From assembly GCA_963845755.1 (NCBI GenBank), contig CAWJTV010000011.1, forward strand, positions 352,001-416,000: a stretch of 64,000 nucleotides of DNA, given 5' to 3'. Both the position numbers and the translations under genes were made by a program. This DNA comes from an uncultured Planctomycetota bacterium (GTDB lineage Bacteria > Planctomycetota > Planctomycetia > Isosphaerales > Isosphaeraceae). Under the pieces are notes generated by a model that saw only the letters and a list, made by a program, of their open reading frames with translations, was not told where the DNA came from and searched no databases. This document shows positions 45,991 through 57,160 of this stretch, one piece after another (position 1 is the first letter of the stretch; every line of letters begins with the position of its first letter).

Positions 45991-46077
45991 GCGGGTCCGG
46001 CCGCGGGTTCCTGGGGAGGGGTGTGCCGCTGTTGAGAGATCGAGCCGCGCCGCGATCGCTCGCGAAGGAGCCTCACG

Positions 46078-46564
46078 ATGGCCGACTCTTCGCTCCTCGT
46101 GCTCCTGGATGAAGTCCGGGGCAAGACGATCCGGCTGCTGAATGCCACGCCCGAGGCCGACGCGCGCTGGGCGCCGCCCGGCCTTCAGAACACGATCACC
46201 TGGCACGGCGGGCATGCGTATATCCTGCTCGAATGCCTGACGATGCGGGCGATCGGGAAAGCGCCCCAGGTCCCCGACGGCTGGTTCGCGATGTTCAGTT
46301 GGGAGAGCCGCCCCGATCGAGTGCCGGCCGACCACTGGCCGGCGCTCGTCGCGGTGATCGAGCAGCTCGAAGGTCAGCACGAGCGGATGCGGCGGCTCAT
46401 CAACAAACTGACTCACAGCCCACCTGGACCGGCCGTCGGCCCACCATCCCGACGAGACCGTGCGCCGCGCGATCGTTCATGCGCTGCACGACGAGGCTTG
46501 CCACTGCGGCGAGATTCACCTGCTCCGGAAACTGCGGGGCGTCGGCAGGCCGCGGGCGGAATGA
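46078..46564 (+). CDS. DinB family protein; frameshift ~46418
   Basis: NTITWHGGH in the ORF-track frame. The shifted frame gives HALHDEACHCGEIHLLRK and ends at TGA 46562-46564. Confidence 0.8.
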
Positions 46565-46622
46565 CGCGGACCATGAGGAACCGACCTCTCCCGCGATGCC
46601 GCCCATCGGTTCGATCGGCTCA

Positions 46623-46742
46623 GAGACTGTCTCGGAGGGTCTTTGTAGGGTGCTCTGTGAGCACCGATCCGGCGTACTTTGCCGAATTCGGTGCTCACAG
46701 AGCACCCTACGAGACGGCCGATGAGGCTTCCGGGACAGACTC
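46623..46742. mobile_element. 120-bp MITE with IS5(IS1031)-like ends and an internal GTAG REP doublet
   Basis: Ends GAGACTGTCTCGGA and TCCGGGACAGACTC (12/14 inverted match). TCA direct repeat at 46620-46622 and 46743-46745. Perfect 22-bp internal IR at 46645-46666 and 46689-46710. Confidence 0.7.
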
Positions 46743-48099
46743 TCATTCGTTGAAGAGCATCTTGCGAAGCCTCCTGGCCCGTTGCCTCTGATTGTACGAA
46801 AGCCCTTTCCGTTCACTGAGGGAGTCGGGCTTCCCGGTTTCGCGGGCCTTGCGCACCGCGGTCAGCAGCGGTTCCTCATCGTTGATGAGCCCCAGGAACT
46901 CGAAGGCTTTGGCCGTATCCTCGATCGCAACATGGCCGAGGATTTTCTTCTGACCCTCACGATCGAAGTCGAGGCTCCGCGCCTTCATCTCGTAGCCGTC
47001 TGGGAACATCTGTTCGCCCGCGAACTTCCACGCGCGTTTGACCGCTCCCCAGAACCATGCCGTTGGTCTCGATCAATTCACCGGGTAACCGAAGCCCGAA
47101 TTCGTATTGCGGAGCTCCGCGGAACACGAAGGCCAGTGGGACGTCGTAAAGCCCGATCATGCGCAGGAGGAGCGGCCCAACCTGCTGCTCGAGTTGCTTC
47201 GCTTGTCGCTCATCGGGCATCAGGAGGGTCGGGGACTGTTTCACCCGCTCGATCAAGGCATCCGCTTCGGTCCGGGTCAAGGCGGTTCCATCACGGTGCC
47301 GGACCTGTTTCATCACCACACGGCCGAGGAAGTCTTTGAACAGGCGTTCGGACTCCTCATTCGAAGCCATCGCTCTCCTGGCATCCCGAAAGTCGAACCC
47401 GATTCGCTGGCACAAGGCCGCCAGGCGGCCCTCCAGCTCGGGATCGATCGTGCCATCGCCGCCCACGATCTGACGCCGGGCCGTCGCGTCGTACAGGATC
47501 AGCGAACCGTCCTCGAGGAATCGACGGAAATCCGTGCGGAGATAGCTCGCCAGTCTGGAGACGTCGTAGGTCCGGTCGAATTCCTTCTCGATCGATTCGA
47601 TGGCCAGGGGAAGGACGAGGTCGAGCAGCTCACCGCGCGCCTCGAGGAATCCGGGCAGGGTCACGATGTTGGTGATCTTCTCGCTCCAGCGGTGCTCGAC
47701 GACGAAGCCGTAGTCTTTCTGCTCGTAGGTCCGTCGAAGCTCGCTGGCACCCACCTCCGGGGCCGTCGCAGCCACATAGCGATAGTGCGGCGGGATTTCC
47801 CGGGGAGTGCGGAACGAGCCGCGCGCGATGAAATACTTGTTCTTCCCGGCCGAGGCGCCGGATGGGGACGAACCCGGCGGCCCGCTGGCATCGACGACGC
47901 TCTTCCACCGGGCGATCCACTCCGGCTTGAGCGCCTCGTCAGGGAGAAATTCGTCCTTCGGCTGCCAGATCGTCCGATCGCACGAGCCGTCCGGGTGAAC
48001 GACCGTCTCGACGGAGAACGTGGCGGGGGAACCGCAGCCGGTGGCGAGGCCCGCCAGTAAACAAGCGGGCATGAGCCACGGAAGCCATCTGGCGATCAT
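46743..48099 (-). CDS. Hypothetical lipoprotein; frameshift ~47035
   Basis: Lipobox-like LATGC, VHPDGSCDR and LPGELIETNG. The C-terminus is in ORF 46743-47009. Confidence 0.7.
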
Positions 48100-48188
48100 G
48101 ATCAACCTCCCGGGCTACCTCAACCGCGGCAGAAACCGGGAATGGAAATACGAAAGGATCGATGCGAGGACGAGTGCGGGACATGCGC

Positions 48189-49164
48189 CTACGGCCGCTC
48201 ATGGTTGAGGATTCGCCTCAACTGATCGATTGTGATATTCCCGCCGCTCAAGATCAAGCCGACGGATTTCCCGGCCAACTCGTCGCGCCGCGCCATGGCG
48301 GCGGCGACGGCCGCGGCACCGGCGCCCTCGGCGACCTGGCGTGCGGTCTCGAGGATCAGGCGGATGCCCGCGGTGATCTGCTCGTCATCCACGAGCACGA
48401 TCTCGTCGACCAGGCGGGGGAGCAGGGCCAGGGGCATCTCGAATGGCTCGCGAGTCGCGAGTCCCTCGGCGAAGGTCGTCACGCTCTCCGTGACGACGCG
48501 GCGGCCCTCACGCCAGGAGCGATAGACGGCCGGCGCGCCCTCGGCCTGCACGCCGACAACCCGGATCGCCGGGTTGACCGCGCGCGCCACCACCCCGGCG
48601 CCCAGCACGCCGCTGCCGCCGCCCACCGGGACGAAGATCACATCCAGCTCGGGGACGGCTTCGAGTAACTCGAGCGCCGCCGTACGCGACCCCGGCGACC
48701 AGGAGCGGCTCGTTCGACGAGTGGATATAGCGCATGTCATGACGCGCAGCGTATTCCTCGGCGGCGACGCGGGCGGCGTCGAAGTCGCGGCCGGTCTGGA
48801 TCACCTCGGAGCCCAGGGCGCGCGTCGCGGCAGCCTTGAGCGGATTGGCGGCCTCGGGCATGAAGATCGTCGCCCGGACACCGAAGAGCCGCGCGGCATA
48901 GGCCACCGACTGGCCATGGTTGCCGGTCGACGCCGCCACCACGCCCCTCGCCCGCGATTCGGGATCGAGCGACGCGATCAGGTTGACGCCCCCGCGCACC
49001 TTGAACGCACCGGTCGGATTGAGATTCTCGCACTTGAGCACGGCGCGGCAGCCCAGGGCCGCGGCCAGGCACGGAGGCTCCAGCACGGGCGTCCGCGGCA
49101 GATACGGCGCGATCGCGCGGCGGGCCTGGAAGACGTCGGCAAGTGTGGGGGTGGGCCAATTCAT
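48189..49164 (-). CDS. PLP-dependent threonine/serine dehydratase; frameshift ~48685
   Basis: LKCENLNPTGAFKVRG, ASTGNHGQ, PVGGGSG, EGAGAA, LSGGNI. Confidence 0.92.
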
Positions 49165-49188
49165 GAGAGTCCTGGGTGAGGTTTGTTT

Positions 49189-50643
49189 TCAAGCCGCGAT
49201 CGAGGTGAGCATCGGACTCAATCTGTCGATGCCACTTCTCGAGAACTCATCAACGAATTGCTGGGCCTGTTCTTTCGTTCGTTCTTCGCCTTCGCGTCGG
49301 ATGCCTTGAGGAGAGACTCGGTGTCCTCTCGCCATTATTGAACGTTCGCGCGTAGCTGGCGATCAGCGAATCGTCGGGCGTCAACCGTTTCGCTTCATCA
49401 AGGAGCTTGCGGATTTGTTGGGGTTTGGAGCGACCGAGATTCCAGCGAGAGATCGCCTGCCATGAGAGGAGTGCCGCGCGAATATCCGGCGGCTGGGATT
49501 CCGCTCCAGCGCCAGCGTACTCAAGTGATCGCACTCCGGGAAGTCACCCGACTTCAACGCCTCATGAGCGAGGAAGTAGTAAGGATACGGATCGGGGGAC
49601 TGCTCGAAACGAATCGCCTCGCGGAAGTCGGCATTCGCGGCATCTCCGGGATAGGTCATCATCCCTCGGAGGACGTGTGGGTAGGGAGAATCCGGACGCA
49701 GCTCGATCCAGCGGTCAGCGTCTCCAATTGATTGTCGGCGTCCTTCGATTCCGCATAGGCGACGAAGGCGATCATGAAGGCGAGCTCCATCCAAGGCGCG
49801 ACCACCTCCTTCGCCTCGGATGCCAGAGATCCGATAAGACTTCAAGGCCGATTCGAAATGCTTGAGCAACTCGACTCGCCGTCGCTTCACATCGTGCTCA
49901 TCCATGCCGCTCATGTTCTGGCGATCTCCATGAGCATGCCGTTGATGACGTGCATGGCGTTGACGGAGGATGGCACGCCAGGATTGTTCACAAGCTGGTC
50001 TTCGACAATCGACCAAGCTTCCGCGTGCCGTTCTTCCTTGCCTAGGCTGTCGAGATAGCAGGACAAGTAATTCGGATTCTCCGGATTGAACTGCCAGGCC
50101 GTCGCGGTAGAACAACGAAGCGGCTCGTTGCCGTCCCAGGACTTCGCAGCACTCCGCCCATTCAGAAGCCATCTGATCGCGGGGTATCAGGTAGGAGTGT
50201 TCCCTCAAGATCTCGATGACTTCCTGGGCGGCGGCACGATCGCGCCCCTTCACAGCCCGCTTGTAGGCGATCTCGACCTGACGGCGATACCTCTCGGCAT
50301 AATCCGGCGTGGATCGCTCCTTCACGTTCTTGAGGAAGGGTGGATACAGGTGTCGAACGTTCGAGGGGAGGCGCTTCTCCTGGATTGTCTTGCAGACTCT
50401 AGCTGCCTGCTCATAGCGGCCGCCCTTGTAGTAATGGGTCGCCGCCAGGAAACGAGCCAGGTCCCGCTCGGAGGCCTTTTTCAGACTCCCAACGGCCGAT
50501 TCCATCATCTCCGCGGCTTGATGGAAGAGAGTGCTCGCGCGCGGTGTATCCCCAGCTTCCAGGGCGATCTGCGCCTCCAAGCCAATGCGCGTCACCTCTC
50601 CCTGCTTACCGATGGCATCGAGGACGGTCATCACCGCGTTCAT
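49189..50643 (-). CDS. Helical/TPR-like hypothetical protein with several frameshifts
   Basis: TPR-like units (PDSPYPHVLRG; PYPYYFLAH..ALERNP). Continues through ORF 49250-49534 and a further shifted frame to the TGA at 49189-49191. Confidence 0.55.
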
Positions 50644-51312
50644 TTCTTCCTGTCCTTGGGACGTTTCCTCGTGGTGCTCTTGCCTCTGGCTGCCGGATCA
50701 ACGAAATGCAAATAGGTGTGGGCCACTCCGGTCCGGCCATGCTGGAACGTCGTGACCGAGATGAACCCCACTCCGCGAACACGTCCGCCCTGCTTGCCGA
50801 GACGACTTGATGCCTTGCCCGCAGTTCCCGATCTTGATGCCGCTGACCTCGACTTGGACGGGTACCGGATGACCGGCGATTTTAACCAGGTAATCGCCAC
50901 CCCCTCCGATCTGCACGACCTCGGTCAAGATGCCCTCCTCCAGCTCGTGGATCAAGAGCAGCATGACACCGATGGCGGCGTGCTCGGTGATATCCTGTTC
51001 ATTCAGTCGGCTACGGACCCACTCGCAGTCGTCCACATGATCTGGCAAATTCGCCCAACCGATTTCCCGGATTTCCTCCCAACGAGTCTCCCCGAATTTG
51101 GGGCTGATGCGATCCAAAACCACCGCTCGTTTCAGAATCCCTGATGAAAGCGGTAATGGGTCTACAATCAGGCGGAGGATGATCTTGGTCCCAAACTCCT
51201 TGAGGAGTCCCGGCAGGTGATGCCTTTCATCGATCGTCGCAACCTCGATGGTCGGGCCGATGACATTCGCCCTGGTCTCTCGCGATTCGCCCGACGGTTC
51301 CGCGGTGGACAA
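50640..51312 (-). CDS. Hypothetical protein with a PD-(D/E)xK-like signature; frameshift ~50820
   Basis: TEHAAIG...GGGGDYLV...QVEVSGI. The C-terminus is in ORF 50640-50900 and its stop overlaps the next start (ATGA). Confidence 0.55.
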
Positions 51313-51418
51313 TTTGGCTCAGCCCTTCCTGAATGTTGAGTATACCAAAGCATTCCCTCTCTGAAGGAGCAGGGTTTCATCTTGCCTATAAGAAAAGCGA
51401 GCTCGACAGACAACCCTA

Positions 51419-52892
51419 TCACTTCGCCACCACGAACCGATCGACCTCCTCTCCTTTGGCCGAGACCTGGCGGACGGTGAGCCTGGGTCCGTCGAGATCT
51501 GCGACGGTCAAGGAATTCACCTGGGACAGGAACTTATGCGTGTAGGGCTGCCAGGAGGCGGGATCGTTCTGTTGGTCGGGGTTGTAGAGATTGGCCCCGC
51601 CTGCGCCGCTGATGATGTAGATCACGCCGCGGGGGTGGGTCTGGGTGCGACCGTCGTAGGTCGTGTCGAGGGTCCAGTGGCCGGGGACCTTGTCGGCGTC
51701 GCGGATCGGTTTGCCGTCGGGCCCCCGGTCAACGCGGAAGGTGAGCGGGAAGGTGCGCTGGTAGTTGTGGACGTGCCCGCTCCAGACGACGTCAACCCGG
51801 CCAGCCTCGAAGACATCGGCCAGCACGCGCCATCCGCTGGTCACCGAAATGGGCCTGGGAGGAGTTGAACGGAGGATGGTGAAACGCGACGAACCGCCAG
51901 GTGGCGTCGCGGGCGGCGGCCAGGTCGCGCTCGACCCACGCGCGGAGATCCGGGTCGGTCCAGTCAACGTACGGGTTGGAATCGAGGACCGTCCAGTGGG
52001 CGCCGCCGTAGTCGAACGAGAAGGTCGCCATCCGCGGATACGCCGGTCCGGCCGCCTGGAGAAAGGCCGCGCGATTCGCCTCGTTGGCGACGAGGTTCGG
52101 GACCAGCCGGCCTCCCTCCTGGCCCATCGGCCCGTTGAGCGGCTGGTCCCAGTAGAGGAAATAGGCCAGGCCGTCGGGGTACTTGTCCAGGTCGCGACCG
52201 GCGAGGTCATGGTTGCCCGGCACCCCCACGAAGAGGGTCGATCGCAACAGCGGCGCACCGGCCGTCAGCGCAGCGACGTCCGAATCGTAAACCGGCCAGA
52301 ACTTCTCGCGGTACTCGGAAATCCGGCCTCGGGTGTAGACGATGTCGCCGGCGATCAGGACGAAGTCGGGCCGAGCCTGGTACGCCTGGTAGGCCACGGC
52401 TCGCTGATCGGCCGTGCCCGCCGCGCAGTCGCCGAATACCGCGAACCGGCAAGGCTGGCCGGCCGCCTCGGGGGCCCGCGCGCCGGCGGAGAACACCGGC
52501 TGACCCCCGCGTCGGACCTGGTAGCCGAATTCGCTCCCCGGCTCCAGGCCCTTCAGGGTCGCTCGATACACCCGATGCGGTGCGACGCCCAGCACGGCCA
52601 CCCGGCGCATCCAAGGCGCATCGGCAGCCTGCCACGGGCCCTCAGCACTGACCCGGTACGCGACCGCCCAGTCCGCATCCACATCCTCGGTCTGCCAGAG
52701 CAACCGGAGGTCCCCGGCCACCCCCCTTGCCGGCGCGTCGCCGAGTTGCAAGTAAGGATGGACCACGAACCCATCCGGCAAGACCCCACGGCCGGGGGCC
52801 GGGAGGTCGACCGCGAAGTTGCAGCACCTCAGAGACGTCGAACCGACCGCGAGCAATCCGCACAGGACGATCAGCCAACGCTGCGCTCTCAT
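51419..52892 (-). CDS. Secreted purple-acid-phosphatase-like metallophosphoesterase; frameshift ~51835
   Basis: PYLQ, FN3-like GLEPGSEFGY, FGD, GDIVY, GNHD, FHHPP, SGHVHNYQR. Confidence 0.9.
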
Positions 52893-52917
52893 CCGGCGAG
52901 GCCCCCAGGTGCGAGGT

Positions 52918-53003
52918 GATCTTGGATTTTCGATTCTCGATCTTGGATTGAGTTACCTTTTCGGGTCTTCAATCCAAAATCTCAAATCCCCAATCCAAAA
53001 TCC
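52918..53003. repeat. Inverted heptamer arrays (GATYYTS)n / (CAAAATC)n
   Basis: GATCTTG GATTTTC GATTCTC GATCTTG ... CAAAATC TCAAATC CCCAATC CAAAATC. Confidence 0.8.
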
Positions 53004-53006
53004 ACG

Positions 53007-53738
53007 TCAGCCTGAGGACCGACGACCCCGGGTGCGAGCGCGCCAGAGCCCGATTCCGGCCAACGCCGTCCAGACCAGCAGCGAGAGCGGTTCGGGAGTC
53101 TCCGCCTGAATCGTCACGGTGCCCGTACCCGTGCCCGTGCCGCTACCGCTTCCGGTGGCCGGCACGATCCCGTCGTACTTGATCTGGATGAACGAGATCG
53201 GCTGAGTCAGGCTGACCGCCGGGTTGTACATCGTGAACTGAGGAATCGTCGTGGGCGGATTGCCACCGAGGGCGGACTGGGCAAAAGGCAAGGAGAAGGT
53301 GAGGCTACCATTGGCCGGCAACCCCTGTCCGTAGAAGCTCAATCCCAGCGCCTGCGAGGTAATCGCCGTGCCGTTATCGGGATTGTTGCCGATCTCGGGC
53401 GACAGTTGCTTGGGGTTGTTGAAATAGAACCCCGTCGAGTCGGAGAAAATCTGGAGCACCGGGTCATTGGTGCTCGGCGGTTGGACGATGGAGGGGACCG
53501 AGACCACTCCCACGAACTGCGGCGTGGGCGCGGTAGAGCCCGGCGCAGGCGGGGAACCCGACACCGGTGCGATGGCCTGGGTCGTGGTCAGGGTGTATTC
53601 CAGCGCCTCGGTCGTCGTATTGGCCGTCGTGGAGTTGCTCGTCAAGCTATCGGCCTGGGTGGACATCGGCCGTGAACCCAGAGCGAAGGCCAGAACAGCC
53701 GCCAGAACGATCAAGGGAGTGGGACAACGACGTAACAC
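53007..53738 (-). CDS. PEP-CTERM-like surface protein
   Basis: AAGGAGGA RBS, GTG start at 53738, signal peptide, S/T/P-rich body, and C-terminal TPEPLSLLVWTALAGIGLWRARTRGRR. Confidence 0.8.
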   Translation of the reverse strand: MLRRCPTPLIVLAAVLAFALGSRPMSTQADSLTSNSTTANTTTEALEYTLTTTQAIAPVSGSPPAPGSTAPTPQFVGVVSVPSIVQPPSTNDPVLQIFSDSTGFYFNNPKQLSPEIGNNPDNGTAITSQALGLSFYGQGLPANGSLTFSLPFAQSALGGNPPTTIPQFTMYNPAVSLTQPISFIQIKYDGIVPATGSGSGTGTGTGTVTIQAETPEPLSLLVWTALAGIGLWRARTRGRRSSG

Positions 53739-54290
53739 GGCAAGTCTCCTCCTTGAACTCTCTGCCAGATACGGGAAATCCGCGAGTCCTTTCGTCGCGT
53801 CCGGGCAGGGCAACGCGTTTCCTACGCATTCTGCCCCGGTGCTCATCCTTTCCCAGTCCATTCGGTGCCATCTCCTCCGACGTCACCCGGCCGAATTCCT
53901 AAACGGCGGTGGACGACGTCGCTGAGCGGTTGTAAACGAATCGGAGAGACGTTGTCAGATTCCAGTTCCCATGAATGTAATACCCGATTATAACGAGACT
54001 TACATCCATTTTCCATCTTGAGCCTGTGATGAGGAATCGATTCTTTCACAACCTCCGAGTTCCGGGGTTGCCCCGGCGGAAGGATCCGCAACGCTCCGCA
54101 CGCAGCCCGTCCGTTCCCGGCATCTTGCGGATGCTCGATCGCCAGGACGCAGTCTCAAGCCGGGGGAGAGTGACGATCAGAGGGGTGGCGACTTCGGCAG
54201 GCAACCTCCAAAACTTGAGGGCCGCATTCTGACCCCATCCCCCAAATGGGTCAAGCCGGATCGGCGTGTTTTCCGTCGTGCTCGCTCGCA

Positions 54291-54403
54291 CAGTAGGCAG
54301 TAGGTAGTAGGCGCTCGGCAGTCGGCAGGGATAACGAATACGAGCCGGTCTCAATCCCGTTGTTTCCCTATTGCCTACGGCCTACTGCGACCACGGCCTA
54401 CTG
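54291..54403. repeat. Inverted heptamer arrays (CAGTAGG)n / (CCTACTG)n
   Basis: CAGTAGG CAGTAGG TAGTAGG CGCTCGG CAGTCGG ... CCTATTG CCTACGG CCTACTG. Confidence 0.75.
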
Positions 54404-54514
54404 GTCGATCCTGCCGCGATGCGATAGTCTGAATCGAGTCGAGTGGAAGGGACCGGGCCGGCATCGTCGAATAAGGACGGGGCGCTGCTCGTCTATTCCT
54501 CAAGGGGAGAACGT

Positions 54515-55108
54515 ATGCTCGACGCCCCGACGACCGGTGTGGAGACGCCCGATGAGTTGCTGGTGCGGCGTGCCCGAGAGGGACACGGCCCGGCGTGCGA
54601 GGAGTTGTTCCTCCGCCACCGCAGCGACTCGTACCGGGTGGCCTATCGGCTCTTGGGGCACGAGCAGGACGCGCTCGATGTGGTTCAGGAGGCGATGCTC
54701 AAGGCCTTTTCGGCCCTGGGCGATTTCGACGGCCGCAGCGGATTCCGAACGTGGCTCCTGAAGATCGTCACCAACACGGCGCTGGACTGGGGACGACGGC
54801 GCAAACGGCGTCTGTGCATCCAGATCGGCAATGGTGACCCTGACTTCCGGTTGGAGCCGGCCGCCGAGGACGACCCGGCTCGGCAGTTGTACCAGCAAGA
54901 CCTCCGCCAGGCCCTCGACCAGGCCCTCAACCACCTGACCCCGACCATTCGGACTACGTTTGTTCTATTCGCTGAATTGGGAATGAGTTACAAGGAAATT
55001 GCCGAAGCCCAAAGCGTACCGATCGGCACGGTCATGAGCCGGATCCACGCCGCCCGTGAGAAACTCCAGGCGGACCTCGACTGGAATCGGCTAAACGCCT
55101 TGGAATAA
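54515..55108 (+). CDS. ECF RNA polymerase sigma-70 factor
   Basis: DELLVRRA, DALDVVQEA, FRTWLLKIVTN, SYKEIAE..VPIGTVMSRIHAAR. Confidence 0.93.
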   Translation: MLDAPTTGVETPDELLVRRAREGHGPACEELFLRHRSDSYRVAYRLLGHEQDALDVVQEAMLKAFSALGDFDGRSGFRTWLLKIVTNTALDWGRRRKRRLCIQIGNGDPDFRLEPAAEDDPARQLYQQDLRQALDQALNHLTPTIRTTFVLFAELGMSYKEIAEAQSVPIGTVMSRIHAAREKLQADLDWNRLNALE

Positions 55109-55192
55109 GTGGCAAGTGGCGAGCCCATAAATAGTTCGGACCGCTTTCTGCTCGCCGGCCACGGGCCAATCATGAGAATTAGGATGGTTAAA

Positions 55193-55873
55193 ATGCGTTG
55201 CGATGAGGTGATTCGCGAACTGGCCGCTCCCACGGACGATCGGGATGGGACCGCGCTGGCCGACCACCTGGCCGGCTGCCCCTCGTGCTCCGACTGGGCG
55301 CGGCAAGCCGCCCAGCTCGATCAGCTCTGGGACGCGACGCGCCCCTCCGAACCTTCGCCCGAAGCCTGGGGCGCTGTCTGGGCGAATATTGCCCAGTCGC
55401 TCCCATCCCCCGCGGCCCATCGCGACTCCACGTCGGCCACCGCGCACCCGTCCCGCAATGGGACCGCGCCGAAGGTCCTCACTCATCCGGTTCCCACACA
55501 CGTGGCCAATCCTCCACGCACCTGGCGGATGGGGGCTGTGGCGTTGATGGGTCTGGCGCAGGCCGCGGCGATCCTGGTCGCGATCGGATTGGCCTGGCGC
55601 GGCCAGCCATCGGCCCCGAAGTCCCAGGAGATCCGGGTGGCCCAGGACAAGACCCCGTCGCCTCCTCGCGCGCCCTCGGCGATTCGCGTGGATTCCCCCG
55701 TGAGGGTCGAGGCGAACATTGAGGAAGGGCGTCTGCTGGTGATCCTCGCGGACGGGCCCGTGCCCCAGGTGATGGACAAGACCCCGACGGAGATGGCCTA
55801 CCGCGTCGATTCCATGCTCTTGATGTTTAACGAGCTCGAATCGCTGGGCAATCCCAGGATCGCGTCGCGATAA
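55193..55873 (+). CDS. Zinc-binding (ZAS/zf-HC2) transmembrane anti-sigma factor
   Basis: MRC..HLAGCPSC (HxxxCxxC) and one TM segment. Directly downstream of the ECF gene. Confidence 0.8.
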   Translation: MRCDEVIRELAAPTDDRDGTALADHLAGCPSCSDWARQAAQLDQLWDATRPSEPSPEAWGAVWANIAQSLPSPAAHRDSTSATAHPSRNGTAPKVLTHPVPTHVANPPRTWRMGAVALMGLAQAAAILVAIGLAWRGQPSAPKSQEIRVAQDKTPSPPRAPSAIRVDSPVRVEANIEEGRLLVILADGPVPQVMDKTPTEMAYRVDSMLLMFNELESLGNPRIASR

Positions 55874-55898
55874 AAAGGAAGTGGCGAGGAGCGGAATC

Positions 55899-56411
55899 AT
55901 GATGGTCTCGAGACGATGGGCGCTCCGGGTCGGGATTCCCCTGGCGGCGTCGGCGGTCTTCAGCGGGCTGGCCTTCGGCTTGGGCGGGCTCCGGGTCTCC
56001 TACGCCCAGAACAAGACCGCGCCGGGCCACGAGCAGTCGCGGCAGGTCACCGTCATCGCGATCATCGCCAAGCCCGAGAGCAAGGCCGTCGATCCCAAGC
56101 TGACGAGCATCCAGGCCCAGCTAACTCGGCTCTTGCCGAATCATGGCTTCAAGCTGCTCGACGCCCAGATCAGTGGGATGGTGGCCGGGGAATCCATCAA
56201 CGGCGACCTGGGCCACGGCTACACCGCCGAGACCACGCTGCTCCAGGCGATCGACGAGGACGGCAAGGTCCATCTCCGCTGCGAGCTGTTCCTGGACAAG
56301 GCCCTGCAATTCTCGGCGAACGTCAAAGCCCCGCTCAACCAGCTCTTCTTCTGCCAGCGCCCCTTCCTCGACGACGGCTCGAAGCTGCTGGTGGGGATCG
56401 GCGTTCGGTGA
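55899..56411 (+). CDS. Hypothetical exported protein, third gene of the ECF operon
   Basis: Signal-like N-terminus and VDPKL..I..QL..GFKLLD. Short gap to the anti-sigma gene. Confidence 0.65.
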   Translation: MMVSRRWALRVGIPLAASAVFSGLAFGLGGLRVSYAQNKTAPGHEQSRQVTVIAIIAKPESKAVDPKLTSIQAQLTRLLPNHGFKLLDAQISGMVAGESINGDLGHGYTAETTLLQAIDEDGKVHLRCELFLDKALQFSANVKAPLNQLFFCQRPFLDDGSKLLVGIGVR

Positions 56412-56813
56412 GCCGACCCTTCGGGTAGGGAACCAACTGGGCGAAGCAACGTCCCCGCAGCTCCCGCGACCCGGTACAAAATGAATCGACCGCCGGTCGG
56501 CGGACGTCGGGCTTTAGGGCCTTCGGTCACACCGAGCGGCGGTCGTAGGCGGTGGTCTCGCCGGACCTTGGGTTCGGGCTGGCCGAGGATCTCGACCGGC
56601 CCGGTCGCCAACATGGTCCGACGTCAACTCGACCGCACTGAGCGAATCAAAGGTGCAAGAGGGCCATCCTTGGCCCTTGGCCCACGAGCCGCCAGTCCGT
56701 CCCTGGACGCGACCGCTGAATCGGAGCCGTATCTCAGTCCTCCGTGACCGGATCGGTTTTCCAACCGACATGGGTTGTATCGGCGGTGCCGAGGGTACCT
56801 CTGCAACGTTTTT

Positions 56814-56994
56814 CTTGGGTCTTTGGCCTTTGGTCATCGGTCATGGGTTGTCATCCCTGGTTCGTCACTCCTTGAGAGGGCGGCGCGAGGACCGTCACGG
56901 CGATGGCCCCGCCGACGACCGGCGAAGGTCTGCGAGAAGCCCGGGACTTCCGCGGGAGAAAGCCGATGACCGCTGCCCGAGGACCCAGGACCAA
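56814..56994. repeat. Degenerate inverted heptamer arrays (CWTTGGT)n / (ACCxxxG)n
   Basis: CTTGGGT CTTTGGC CTTTGGT CATCGGT CATGGGT ... GCCGATG ACCGCTG CCCGAGG ACCCAGG ACCAA. Confidence 0.5.
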
Positions 56995-57160
56995 CCCGCT
57001 TGAAAACCCCAGCGCAATCGCTACAATCGTCACCAAGTTGAGCACCCGAGACGTCACACCACGCGCCGGTCCAGCCTGCGAGCCCGCACACATTGAGCAA
57101 TCGCCACTCGGGCGCCCGTCCCGTCGGTTTGCCAGAACAACCCCCCAGGAGAGTCCTTCG

